A DNA stretch of 64,000 nucleotides from Takakia lepidozioides (Eukaryota > Plantae > Bryophyta). Shown piece after piece: positions 39,401 through 51,012 of the stretch. The translations under genes were made by a program, and so were the position numbers. The DNA is taken from positions 41,974,001 through 42,038,000 of the forward strand of contig CM060733.1 in assembly GCA_030704615.1 (NCBI GenBank). Reading direction: 5' to 3'. Position 1 is the first letter of the stretch. Every line of letters starts with the position of its first letter. A model generated the notes under the pieces. The model saw only the letters and a program-made list of their open reading frames with translations, made no database searches and was not told the DNA's origin.

Positions 39401-39932
39401 TATCAGCGTGATCTGACCATGCCATAATATACAGCAGAGAAAAACTCTGCACAACATTCAATTACAGACGGTGAACACTCATAACAAAATGGTAAAAAGC
39501 GCGTCATGCGGAAACTCTCCTGACAGCAAACACGAATGTCAGAGTTACAGAGAAAATGCAAATCAGTGAAGTTTGAGAGGTAGGCAGTGATAGGTCTAGG
39601 AGACATACGATATGCCACAGGAAGCCAATGACGCCAACCCGAAGAGCAGCTCGTATCCTCACAAAGATCGGGACTTCGCCAAAGAGAAAGGAGTCATGGT
39701 AGGTACGCAACACGTGCTTGCTGACATCTATATGCTTTAGGCGGTGCTGCTTGTCCAATTTGAGGAATGTGCCAAACAAGTCCTGGAATTTTCCTCCCCA
39801 TTTCTCCCACCATTGCTGGTTCACATTCTTCATGCTGCCCCATCCCGGCACAGAAGGACTGTGGAAACTCTCATCTGGGTCCAAACATATTGGAGGGCTC
39901 CCCCAAGTGGGATGCCTAGTGGGATCATCCAT
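17232..39932 (-). CDS. BK/Slo-like (KCNMA1-type) K+ channel with two RCK domains, ~15 exons
   Basis: GT-AG exons join in frame: 39609..~39932; 33052..33101 ([17 protein letters not shown]); 30264..30356; 29618..29701 (IDLLSALP); 29145..29201 (S4 [10 protein letters not shown]); 28692..28780; 28253..28377 ([11 protein letters not shown]); a garbled pore/S6 exon 27915..28119 (not in frame; the S6-RCK1 linker was not found); 26549..26676 ([21 protein letters not shown]); 26263..26314; 25739..25880 ([24 protein letters not shown]); 25213..25406; 23860..24028 ([14 protein letters not shown]); 20035..20127; 18974..19868 ([15 protein letters not shown]); 18003..18342; 17232..17541 (ALGLYR..YVFTNPP..DLVYVL*). 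The start codon is uncertain. Confidence 0.88.
21170..22590. mobile_element. Foldback-like element with long degenerate inverted repeats
   Basis: GGTTGTCCCAATTACGACAGTTAGAAGATGTCCAACTTCC (21328) matches the reverse complement of ~22381-22432. TCAAAGCCACAC...ATGTCACCCATTATA (~21209-21243) matches the reverse complement of ~22517-22556. Confidence 0.65.
21630..22090 (+). mobile_element. Ty1/copia RT-RNase H remnant
   Basis: [19 protein letters not shown] (~21861-21917), [16 protein letters not shown] and [10 protein letters not shown]. Confidence 0.8.
23250..23720 (-). mobile_element. Two older tandem 3' fragments of the RTE-X-like LINE
   Basis: Diverged 3' termini at ~23250 and ~23662. TTACATTAGA is triplicated at 23240, 23652 and 23723. 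Confidence 0.75.
30418..31464 (+). mobile_element. Three head-to-tail 3' LINE fragments (~40, ~440, ~500 bp) in a (CT)n tract
   Basis: Each ends ...TTATGAGTACAA followed by (TC)n. (CT)n runs lie at ~30398, ~30462, ~30930 and ~31449. Confidence 0.92.
33510..33835 (-). mobile_element. Old diverged 3' fragment of the same LINE family
   Basis: Encodes [27 protein letters not shown]. Flanked by a TAATGTGC duplication (33497, 33836). Confidence 0.7.
33950..35111 (+). mobile_element. 5'-truncated RTE-X-like LINE with open post-RT and Zn-finger region
   Basis: ORF 33870..35105 (YTYLGVEF...[18 protein letters not shown]). TSD TCTATCAGT at 33938 and 35112. Confidence 0.92.
35121..38190 (+). mobile_element. 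Longest LINE copy: partial APE endonuclease, RT and C-terminal Zn finger; frameshifted
   Basis: APE: NSNGRRL, STVDYII, TSDHFLV. RT: [48 protein letters not shown]. No poly(A); the stop codon is ~8 nt from the 3' end. A third TCTATCAGT sits at 38191. Clade assignment (RTE/RTE-X) is by motif resemblance only. Confidence 0.93.
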
Positions 39933-41194
39933 TCTGATGGTATAGGTTGTTGAAAACACGGGGCTTTGTTCCTTTCCGAACCATCAGCATCAGTCTTGTC
40001 CTGCAATCTCCATAATACTCCAACCTACTTCAATACCTGCTAAATATTTCATGAGGTTTCTTCAGTCGGCAGAACCAAGAAGACAATTATGCGATTGTCC
40101 TCTGACGCATAACGCCTTTGAACCCTCTCTAGCAACCGTCCCCTACTGCATCGTGGAACGAGAAGAAAAGACAACATTCCTAGAATCTCGAAATTTGCGA
40201 GAGGCTTCCCATCAATGGCCCCTTCAACATAACTAGCTACGAACCCTCGAATCCTATGTCAGTACAGCGTCTTCCGCCACTTCTCCTTCCCTGTCACGAG
40301 TATGCCTTGTCAAAGAATTTTGGCTCCCAACATGCTGCAAGGCACTGGAGTTGTTGTTGGTACTCGTCCGCACCCGCCATTAACGACATGAGATGTCCAT
40401 GGAGGATGACATCCTGTCTACCCTCCAAAATGTCTTTCTACGTCCATTTGCACATGATGAAACTCGACTAACGCCTAAAGTCATACCCGGCAAACAACTC
40501 CTCTCCAGCCCTAACGGTCCTCCTCTCACATTGACGAGCCCGGAGCGCGCGCTCATGGCGACCACATATTAGCTAGGGGGGTCGTGGTAAGTTGTAATGT
40601 AAGTTGGGCTCACTGGACCGCCTACCCAACTGCGGTTAGTGCAGGTTGTCTGTGGTCGTGCATGATGGAAATAGTCACTATCTAATTCCTACCGGCAAAG
40701 AGGAGTCACATACTCCGCTTCACAAGGCGAGTTTGTGTTTCCTAAGTCCAACAGAGTTCTACCATCTACTAAATAACTCCCTTCCAAGTCTTTTGTTTAT
40801 AATTATTTCCTACCGCCTAAGCTTACGAGCCGTCAAGAGCTCTTATTCTGTCAGTTACCAACGTAATTCCATCAGTAACGAAGGTGAACAAGAACATTTC
40901 AATTTGCCCAACGAACCTGCCTGGAAAAAAATAAATTTTAGAGTTTGAAATTGAATAAAAGATCACATTCCAAAAAGTGAAAAGTACCTTATACAAGGAC
41001 AAAAGAGCTACCTTCGTTCAACTTAGGTCCAACAAATATATATATTTTTCACTAGCATCATTGGACATTTTCGTAGCATACGATAATCCAAGCTAGAGAT
41101 TAAAACGGCTAAAAAACATGCAGAATTCTTCCACGTTCGTGCAGAATTCTTCACGTTAGAAGTCCATATCTCTCATGTTGGTTTTTTTTTTTTT

Positions 41195-41400
41195 TTTCTT
41201 ACATCATCCATTTATTTTGTTTTTACCTTTATGTTCTCCCGCTCAGCCTCCACATTCGGCAGCCAAAGGTGCATGTCAGTACAATGTTGGTTTTATTTTA
41301 TTTTTATTTTTATTTTCGACATCCATTTATTTCGTTTTTACCTTTATGTTCTCCCGCTCAGCCTCCACCTTCGGCAGCCAAAGGTGGCATGTTAGTACAA
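41195..41400. repeat. Tandem duplication of a ~110-bp unit
   Basis: CATCCATTTATTT..TTTTTACCTTTATGTTCTCCCGCTCAGCCTCCAC.TTCGGCAGCCAAAGGT occurs at ~41205 and ~41320. Confidence 0.85.
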
Positions 41401-41580
41401 TCCCGTGTCATTTTTCATTATTGTTTCTCACAAATCCAAGCATACAATTACGGGCAGCCCGAGAAAAAAAATTATATTGTCATGTGGCCGCCGTTTGCGC
41501 ATCCACGTCACACTGATGGCTGATGACTGATGGCTGATAGCTGATAGAATAACAAACCCCCGAGCCGCCTATAGCCGGGA

Positions 41581-44500
41581 TGTGTGGTAATCCCTTCACA
41601 AGGCACCTACCAAGCCTAGGGAGGAGAGGGATAATCTTCCTCTTCCTTCACAGAGTGCCTTAGTTCAAGTCACTCCCTAACCCCTCCTTCACAGAGTGCC
41701 TTAGTTCAAGTCACTCCTGGTGGAAGGTCTAATGCTCCCCTACTCTCATGCCCAACGACTTTGTTTAGGCTGAGGGGGGGCCAACATTTCTATTATTAGT
41801 CAATAGGTGCAAGAAAAACCGATAAGATGAATACCATTTCCTTATGCGAATAAGTTCGAGAGGTATATCCTCCTATCAACTTTACAGTCAATCCTATGCA
41901 TTACCAATTTAAGCATTTGCCATAAAGAAATGCTAGAAACTAAAGAAATTAGAGAAAGCCAAAAATACATCCTCTATAAGATCATCACGTGGGGATTCCA
42001 AAAATGCCTTTGACCCCTAGAATGGACCTTGGACCCCCTTGATAACCAGATTATAGCCCTAGAACCCTTGGAAACCGTTCCCTGCCGCGGGGAACGACCA
42101 TAGCTACCGCAAAACTCGCACAGATTTCATCCCTGCCAATTTGTCAAGGTTTTAGTCATGGTTATCTAGAATTACCTACTTCTAGTTAACTCGATCATTT
42201 TGGATATTTATATTTGTATTTTTGTGTGTTGGCACTTCAGTTGGTTCACATGCAAGTGATGTGTCAAACCTCACTTGGAACATGGGGATTGGGTTTTCCC
42301 CTGTGAAGTGTGGAGGAGGACTCATCTTCTTGTATTGAGCCTTCCTGAGCCTCTCTCACCTCCATAGCTTATGTGGATTCATGAGTGGAGTGTTTCCATT
42401 ATGTCCACTTTCATTATCACTACAAGAAGATGACCTTATGCTTGTGAGTGCGGAGTGTACTGATTAGTTTTTCACTTGTGTTGGTGTATACCAAGATGAG
42501 AGGCTAGGGGAAACGCAAGTATCTCACAAGGCTTGCAAGGTGTTGCAAGGGAAGGTATTTGGTGAAGTTAAATGCACCAAGGAATTGGAGAGTTAGCTCT
42601 TGTATCACAGACTTGCAAATGGCTTCGCAAAGAAGTTACTTGTGTATTACACCAAAATGTTGGAGACTCAAGATGAGCTTGTTTGCCACAAGATTTTGCA
42701 AGGGATTGCAAGAGGGAAGTCTTGTGTATGTGGAAGCCTGGATTCTAGGGTTTGAGAACCATTTCTATGCAGTATGGAGATGGTGTATGCCATGACATGT
42801 GGAGAGCAACTGAAGGATTTTTAGTGCTCATTTCACTATCAATCTAGGGTTAAGCAAATTCAAAGTGTGGATAGAACCAAGGAGCTACATAGGCTTGGGC
42901 TTGAAGACCCAAGGGCAAGCACTTGGAGAGCATTATGAGCTCAAGAGGTTTGAAGGGAGCAGGTGAAGAAGTCTTACCCAATCATGGTGGTGTGGAGCCA
43001 AACTTAGGCATTGGAAGGGCTTGGAGAACAACTTATGGGAAGCCCTGAGAGAGATCATCATTCAAGGTATTCATAGCTTCACCTTAACTATGTACTGTGA
43101 CAAGATGGGGAGGCTATGCCCGGCTATTCATGCTCATAGTAAGGTAGTTACACCCAAATGTGAGCGGTTAAGCAGATATGCCCATACAATTGGTGTAGTA
43201 AAGGGAAAAATTATATGACTGGATGAGCAATTGAACAAACAGACGAAGTGGCTAATTGATATATATTATCAAAGTGATGGGCACAAATGTTATGCCTGAG
43301 CTATAGCGGGTACCATAACCTCACTGACATATTATCTAATATGAAGCCTACTGTGACCTGATTGCACGAGATGTGCACTTGAAATGGCCCATTAACTCAC
43401 CCAACATCTCGGCCCACAAGAGCAAAAGGTAATCCTATAAATGGCCTCCATTTGCAAATACGCCGATCACAGTATTCATACATTTTTGTTCACGTAACAA
43501 AGCACCATGGGGCCCACAATGCCCATGAAGGAACCTAAATCATCCGTTGCAAAGGTCGCCATTTAAGGGCGGCAGAACCACTTTACACCCCAAAATAGGG
43601 GTCCATTTTGAGACCTGCTCATATTTGGTGTTTCTAACTTCGTGTGAGCTTTGTGGGGATGGCTCTTGGGAAGCAAGTGGGTTGACAAGCAAGTGGTGCA
43701 TGTTGAGAGCATGCTTTCCAGTGTGGCTTCCAATTTCAGCAGCGGGAGAGAGCTAGAAGGTTAAGGGCGCAGTTTCTTCCTTTGTGTTGAGGTGATTCAT
43801 ATTTGAGCATGCTTTTGGCTTGAGCTTTGCAATTTCAAGCTTGAGAGAGTGGCTCTTGAGCTAGTAAGTGAAGGGAGCTTGAGATGACCAGGCTTGAGAG
43901 GAGATCAGGCTTGGTGGCTTGCAAGAGGTAGAGCTTGTTTTTAGCTCCAAGGAGATTGAGCTTGTTGTGTGGCCAATGCATTGCTAGTTGAGTTGGAGAC
44001 AAGCTTGAGTAGCTTAGGTAAGAAGATTCAAGGCTCTGCTTTGGTACCCATAGAATTCATGGATGCTTGAGGGAGCATTAAGCATAGAGCCCCAAGAGCA
44101 CAAACCCTAGCTTGGTAAGGCTAAACCTCAGGAAATAGAGGGGAAGTGGCTAAAGCTTAAGGGAACCCTAGGGGGAATGAACTACTCTATGAGGGGGAAA
44201 TGGCTTCCTAAGGAGAATACAAGGGGGAATACAAAGAAAATACGGATATTCTTAGGGATTTGGGAACCTATTGGGAACGCATTAGGAACATAGGAAGATT
44301 TGGAAGACTATTTTCGGACCTTGGAGGACCATTTGAAGGAACATTGGGAGTCATTGGAGGACTCTTTGGGGTTTTTGGAGGACTAGTTGGAGAACCATTG
44401 GAGTCATTGGATGATTATGTCCTTAGAGGACCATTTGGAGGACCATTGGGAGTCCTTGGAGGACTGTTTGGGGTCCTTAGAGGACCGTTTGGAGGACTAT

Positions 44501-45326
44501 TTGGGGACCATCGTAGGACTATTTAGACTGTTTTGGGTCCTTAGAGGCCCGTTTGGAGGACCATTGGGAGTCCTTGGAGGACTATTGTGGGACCATCAGA
44601 GGTCCTTAGAGGCCAATATTTGGCGAGCTGGAGGAATCTTTGGCGACTTTATGAGGGATTATTTGGGTTCCTAGAGGGCCAAGTTGTGGCAGCTCTTGGG
44701 GCCTTGATGTACTATTTGGAGTCCCATTGTTGCAAGGTTTGGGAGCCTTAGTGAGATTGTTTTAGAGACATCTTGATGGCTCCTGGAGAGTTATTTGAGA
44801 TACCCTTGAAAGGTAGTCTTGTCTATTGCTCCAGCAAGAGATGTTGGAGATAAGGTAGTGGGATGAGAGCATTATGGGGTTAGGAATTGCTTTAGTCTCT
44901 CTTCCCGTAGTCTTTCACCATCTCTGTAGGCCAAAACCTTTGCGTAGTTGGAGGCAAGAGTCCATCCGGGTTTGGGCTAGGTGGTCGATTGCAGGAGCGA
45001 CACTGTGGAGTGATTTTGGTATGGGGGTGTTGTTGCTTTGATTTTCTTGTGTTTGGATCCCCCCCACACCTGCATGCTTGATTGTGCGTCATGTCAGCTT
45101 TGTGTATTGTGCGCTTGTTTTCATAGGAGGTTGGTCCGGATTTGATCACCGGCCAATCCTAGAGCATGCTGTTGATGGTGAGGCTGGGGTGATGACCAGC
45201 CAACCATAGGAGTGTTTGCGGTGGATGCAGGTGCAGGTGCAGGTTTACGTTACAAACCTAGTAGTCTAAGCCATAAGCCGCAACAGGTTCTCTATCAATT
45301 ACCTTGTGGAAAGGGGGATTGACACA
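41581..45326 (+). mobile_element. Long (~3.75 kb) 5' LTR of a Ty3/gypsy element
   Basis: Starts TGTGTGGTAATCCCTTCACAAGG and ends CCTTGTGGAAAGGGGGATTGACACA (TG...CA, ~23-bp imperfect inverted ends). Gag follows immediately. Internal 31-bp direct repeat at ~41647/41687. Confidence 0.7.
44290..44700. repeat. Degenerate 12/24-bp minisatellite (TTTGGAGGACCA / TTGGGAGTCCTT) inside the LTR
   Basis: Directly visible; produces the spurious GGLFG-repeat ORFs. Confidence 0.85.
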
Positions 45327-45479
45327 AGTTCACACATGTGTGGGTTGTGAGTTGTCATCACGGAGGTGCAACCAGTTGCTGAGGGGAGTGCCCGTACGAG
45401 CACGAGCGATACTAGTGCTTTTGTGTCTTCTGAGGAGGACTCTGATGGATCCACGTCGCAGGTGCAAACTATTTCCGTG

Positions 45480-46590
45480 CCATTGTGGATACGATGGAGG
45501 AGATGTATGGAACTACCAAGGGGCCTCGTAGGTGCTGTGGAGCTTTGGGCATCATCGAGCTTGATGATTTCATACAGGAGTTTGATAGTTGGTGTGATTT
45601 GCAAGCAGATGCGCAATCCACAACTGTTTACGCCTTTTATTGCATGGAAGGAGGCCTTTTTAGCACCTTGAGGAGCCGCCATGGATGATTACATCGTTTT
45701 AGGCAAAGACATGAGGTTGGAGATTGATGAATGGCGGAGTATTGGTCCCTGACTATAGATTCTCCATCACCAGAGGCACAAGAGCAACGGAGACACCAGC
45801 AGCTACACCAACATCCCCAACTGCAAGCACTAGTAGTGGGACAAATGATACATGAGCTGGGAAATGCACTCAAGCTCATGCTGCAACACCAACACTCGTG
45901 CCTGCCTGTAACCCAGTTGTGGAGTTCTTCGAGGAGTTGAGGAGAAACTACCAGGGGATAAGGACAGAGAAGTTTGCGGAGCTTGCAAGGTTCCAATGGA
46001 GGCCTACTGAGAGTTGGAGGAGGCTTACACTCGCATGAGACACTTGATAAACATAACCCAAGGGGTTACAGAAGCTGAGGTTAAAAGCAGACGGCGGGGA
46101 AAGGGCGCGATATACCCCCTTAAATCCATTTTGCGCTTGTCCATTACACAAGCGTGAAAAGGGAGAGCCAGCTTGCTTCTTGTACTTGCTCCCGTTTTAC
46201 TAGCATGTGGTCCATTTTCTGGTATGGGATCCTGAACAACGAGCTGAGGAGAAGGGTGCGGGATGCAACTCTTTTATAAGTGGCCCAACCCACATTAGCA
46301 AACATATTTTTGATGGCAGAGCGGATAGAGCTCAATATGGTGGAGGAGCGGGTGGTTACGGTGGGGTTTGCAAGTATACACAATGAAGTGGGGCTCCTAG
46401 CCAACAACACCCACTACCCCAACGTATTCAAGGCAACAATGGGGCTCAGGCAAAGCCCAGGGAAGGACAGAGAGGATCTCAGATGTAGAGGTCTCTTCCT
46501 TCATTCAACTTAGGCCAACAATAGTCAGGTGTGACTGGCGGGGATTGTGGAGGACCTCATGTTAAGAATGATTGCTCAAAGAGAGGCAAA
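45480..46590 (+). pseudogene. Decayed Ty3/gypsy gag, truncated after the zinc knuckle
   Basis: YDGGDVWNYQGAS, ELDDFIQEFDSWCDLQ-MRNPQLFTPFIAWK, WYGILNNELRRRVRDATLL, QPTLANIFLMAERIELNMVEE and GDCGGPHVKNDC (~46540-46575). There is a ~125-bp insertion at ~46080-46205. Confidence 0.8.
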
Positions 46591-47149
46591 TGACCCGACA
46601 CAGGCACGCCGCCACACAACGCGCAGGCGTGAGCGTTGCGCGTGAGCGTCATGTCAGCATGCGAGGTGGGGCAAATGATATGTGCACTGTCCGTCATCTG
46701 CCACGTCAGCATTAACATGCACCGCCTATAACCGAGGATGGTCCTATGACCGGGATAATAGCAGGGAATCTTGCCTAAATAGAATCAAGACTACCATGAG
46801 GCCTACAATTGTACCATCCAACATTGTGCAATTACCAATGCTTTTTTCACTTTTACAATTACTAGAAGAGAAAATATCCTCACAAAGTAATGCGCCATAG
46901 AGGGCTGCCACGGGAAGACTTCCTCCCTCCTCAATAATAAGAGTTAGGATCATCTTCAAAAGATGATTGTAGTGCATAGCGACAGCAAGACATGTAGACT
47001 TCGACGGTGCAATGACAATGTCTTTTAAAAGTTGTCACACTCAGAGCTCACTCAGTATAGTTGGAGGCCATATCATTGCACCGCCGACGAATTGATTGAA
47101 TTACACATTTCCAAATCATGGTCTCCACATACCACATTGCATAGTTGAG

Positions 47150-50100
47150 CTACCCATGTTTTGTATCCCGTTGCAATAGAGTATCGACCTCGTTGAACTA
47201 ACTCATAGTGGCCTAGTGATGAAGTTGTCACGTTTGGGATCGCAAACCATCCTCTTCAAAAATATGAAATACAAATGTTTGCAAGGTATGAATTTACCTC
47301 TCTTGCCCAAACTGTTTGATAGCAGATTCACAAAATCAGGACATGTGCAATTGGGGAAATTGGAACCCGTGAGGTTCGTAGGTCCCTGTCATGAATAGCA
47401 GATGTGGAGTGATGATGTGATACCCGCCCATGTCCCTGGATTGGGCACTTCCGTGGTGCTTCAACACGAGCTTGGAGCATTCTTGCGGACTCCACTTTGC
47501 CAAAGTGTTCAGCGGTTGGAGGGAAACGCCGAACGAGCTTTCCCATCTCGTTTGGTTGGCCACAAGTCGAGGATTTGCCGGGGACCCAGGAAGACGCAGA
47601 AGTCTAGCACATTCATGGAGTGGGGTTGTCTCGCAAGGGAAAAGCCTGCCTCCTCCAGCATTTCAATCTCCTGAAATCTAGATGGTTCCCACCTTCACGG
47701 GCCAAACGGTTGGAGGAGATGGCTTCATCACTACGGAAGGACGCACAGTTTCCATGCACACATCTGGCACATCAATCTGTGCAGAACCGAACTTGTGGTT
47801 TCTTGGCTTCTGGTTGACCGTATGGATGCATCAAACCCGTGAAAGTCGGAGCAGGTGTTCGGGCACCACCTCTGGATATAGATGAAGTGCACTTCTTAAA
47901 ATTAGTTGCCCTGATCGCAGTACTTCCTACGAACCCTGCACTTGTGCGTTCTATGTGCCAAACTGGTCGTGGCATGCGAACTCAAGCACACCAAGGGGTT
48001 GTTTTCTTTCCTGCATCATTTCAGTGGCACTGTTTGATGCTGGAGCTTGCCGTCGTGTTGGAGGTTCCTCCAGAATGGAGATTCCGGACATGGAATTGTC
48101 ATGCAGGTAACCACGAGGCTTCGAGAAGTTATCACGGTCTATCTTGTGCAAATCGGAATCCGACCAGTGGAGTGTTTAATTTCCTCTTAGGAGCCGAATC
48201 TCTCCCTCCCCTTCAAGATGTGGAACTCTTAAACAGTGGCGTTCCCTGGGCATACATGCTCACCCCGCCCGTGCTATCTTGATTGGATCCCCAGATCTGT
48301 TTGTAGCACGCAACATCAACTCCCATTTGTCCGGACCCTTTCCACAACCACACTCGCAAGAAATCACGGCATCGGTTTGTTGTTGCAAGGCACGTATCAA
48401 ATCATCTGTTGTTGCAACATACAAATCCAGACCTCGTTTTCCAGACTGCTGCAACCATGCTTTGTGCACATTTTTCTTCTGCCAAATTGCAAGATGGCAA
48501 TGTCCGCCATTTCCTCAATGGACATGTTCTGCAAGTGGAGAACCACACTTCAAACAGTGAACAGGACACAACATAAAGAAAGTTGAGGAGAGCAATAAAT
48601 GGAAGGGTAAATGTATGAATAAAACTAAATATACCCCTCGTACAATGCCTGGCTGCTCCCCACTGTCTATACCGGAATGCCAAACGCCAGCCAATCTTCC
48701 ATGCTCTCATACTCTCAAGTGATGCAGCTCGAAGAGAACCACCAGGCACGAATTGTCCTGGAACAAAGTTCCGCCTCCTTCATTTTCTAGCATCTTTGTA
48801 CTATTTGCACAATTTTACGGTGCAGAGTCTGCATCTCTGTTTGATGTCCGACTTTGTATGTTTTTCCAGAGATTGTTCCAATGGAATAGACATGTACGTT
48901 CTCGTCCTTCCTCGCATTGGGCACTTTTTTTGGTCGCCCCTATACGAAGACAATACGAACAAGCATTGAAATTTGCTTGAACACTATCCGCCATGAAACC
49001 TGCAAAATTTGGAGATTGCCCCCATGACACGTATCAGGGAATTTCCACATGAGCTTCTGGGATTCCATATCCTTGGATTGCGTGTCACAAATTACAATTG
49101 TCATAAATTTGTGGTACAGCTGATCGTAGACATACAAGCCATTGTCGTCCAATCCTTCAGTCGTTGTCACATTTCAAAACATAAGAAAACGTTCTGTAAG
49201 TCCCCAGTCTTCTGCATCTGCTTCACGAGGCTAACCCCACTGCCCTCCACACAGTTGGACATTTTGAAAAGAAAAACTTTGATGGCACCTTGATATGGAT
49301 GAACTGTGGCATATGGGTGAACTGTGACATTCCTATGGCACCCTGGGAATACATTGTCCTGGATGTAATCGTACTTGCTCACTCGTTTCAACTCCAAATG
49401 TTGTCTATGTAGCCTCTGATACCAGAGCCCATTCTTAATGCATTGATCTATGCCGAATGTTAGGTGAACTCAAAGTGGAGAAATGATCCATGACCGGTTC
49501 CAATGTTGCCCCGTCAAGTTTAGTCCCCACAGAATCCCCTTCACACTCAAAATATGGCTTTTCCAGAAGGACTTGCTTGCGCCAAGAGCAATTGCAGATG
49601 TTGTTGCGGATGGGTTTCTCCCGAACTCCTGTTTAATCAACTTCGATAACGTCTCAACACTCTCCCTATAATCCCCTTCGAGACAGGATGGTTATGGAAT
49701 CCGAAATGCACACAAGCTCTTGTCATTGTTTTCAAACGGTGACAACATAGTACAAATTCTTGCTCCGCAGAACGCCAAGCAGGATGGCACAAGTTTTCAG
49801 AATTTGCAGACAAAAGTGTTTGCCGGTGGTGGGGCAGTCCCAGGCTGAAATGGATTTTCCGCCAGACCCTCCCATCGCTTTGATTATGAACCCCAGATTG
49901 AAGAAAGTGTCTGCAATTCACATTATCACACCTAAGGGTTCCATTGCAAACTGTTCTCCTGAAAACAAGTTTTGTCATCATTCTGAATATTGGATGTTTT
50001 TGTTCTGCACCACTGGTGCCCGTCGTGTTTCTTGTCCATTCCATGCATCATGATTGTTACAACCTCCAACTCGCGGAGGAGGAGGCAGCTCGAATAGATA

Positions 50101-50214
50101 TCGCCATCAAAAGTCCGCTGGCAAGAACTTCACAGGCACCTGTTTCAAAGATTCCCAATCATTCCTCGCAACGCACTTTTGAATGAGGTTTACTATTTCA
50201 TGAGCAGAAACCAT
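47150..50214 (-). CDS. MULE-like DDE transposase 1 (N-terminal GCM/WRKY-like Zn finger, C-terminal SWIM); frameshifted in this assembly
   Basis: Reconstructed across frames: MVSAHEIVNL..VKFLPAD-FDGDI-LFELPP..MDKKHDGHQWCRTKTS..CNGTLRCDNVNC..RACVHFGFHNHPV; KDWTTMAC-VYD; GFMADSVQANF; RERTCLFHW (CxxH); intron ~48528-48632; PSCNLAE-MHKAW; SWIM PNCTCPDF...FIPCKHLYFIF (47260-47360). Confidence 0.8.
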
Positions 50215-50272
50215 GAGCCATGAGCCATGAGCCGCCGAGCCGAAGTCTAAGATACGCGGATTTCATGAGCGG
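50193..50272 (-). promoter_or_regulatory. (GCTCATG)n cluster ending GCTCATGAAATAG at the start of transposase 1
   Basis: Plus strand CTATTTCATGAGCAGAAACCATGAGCCATGAGCCATGAGCC. Further copies at ~50263, ~50400 and ~50421. Confidence 0.55.
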
Positions 50273-51012
50273 ACTTCCTCCATTTGGAAATGCGGCAGAT
50301 TAAACAAGTATTAAAATATAGTTTTTTTATTTGACCTTGCCGTTTTTTGGACGTTCCAGATCATGTAATGCGGCAAGATATGTCGTCAGTAACAAGTCCG
50401 CTCATGGGTTTTTTAGATCCGCTCATGGAAATAATGACCGTGCAACGGGAAACCAATATACCACTACAAAAGGATGTCGCATACTGGCCCTGTATAGAGT
50501 ATTTCCGCGGTTTTACATGCCTTAACATTGGAATGAAGCGACCCTTTGCCGCGATTGAACCAATGGAGTCTGCACCAATAGAGTCTTGCATACTTCACAA
50601 TTCTGTCTTCTTCGGGTATTCGGCGGGAAAGGTTTGCAACTGAACTGGGAAATAAGGTGCCGCATTAGGGTTGGCACGTGCAAAATTTCGGAGCGGTTTT
50701 GTGTTGGCGAAGGCCGCCTCTCCCAGTACCCTACGACGATACTTGGAAATGCGGCGCCGCATTTCCTTGTCGAGGTCGAATGAGGAAAGCAAGTTTTCGG
50801 AAACAGAAAAACCATGAACACTCCAACATACAAAAATAACAATGCACGTGGAAACCAGTGAACGAATATCTTAGTTCGAGCAAAACAGGTTAATAGTAGG
50901 CAAGACATATGTCGGACCTTTCTGTGGCCAGAGTCTGAGGTACTGGCAGCAGTACAGTTCTACTATCCGAAAAAGGATGGGCATACCATTGTATTGGGAC
51001 CGCAAGCCAAGC

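Noticed and set aside
40611-40641. Hairpin CACTGGACCGC...GCGGTTAGTG as a Helitron or CACTA end
   Set aside because: No CTRR terminus, matching TIR or TSD was found.
44260-44674. Gly/Leu-rich repeat proteins
   Set aside because: These ORFs arise from the LTR minisatellite.
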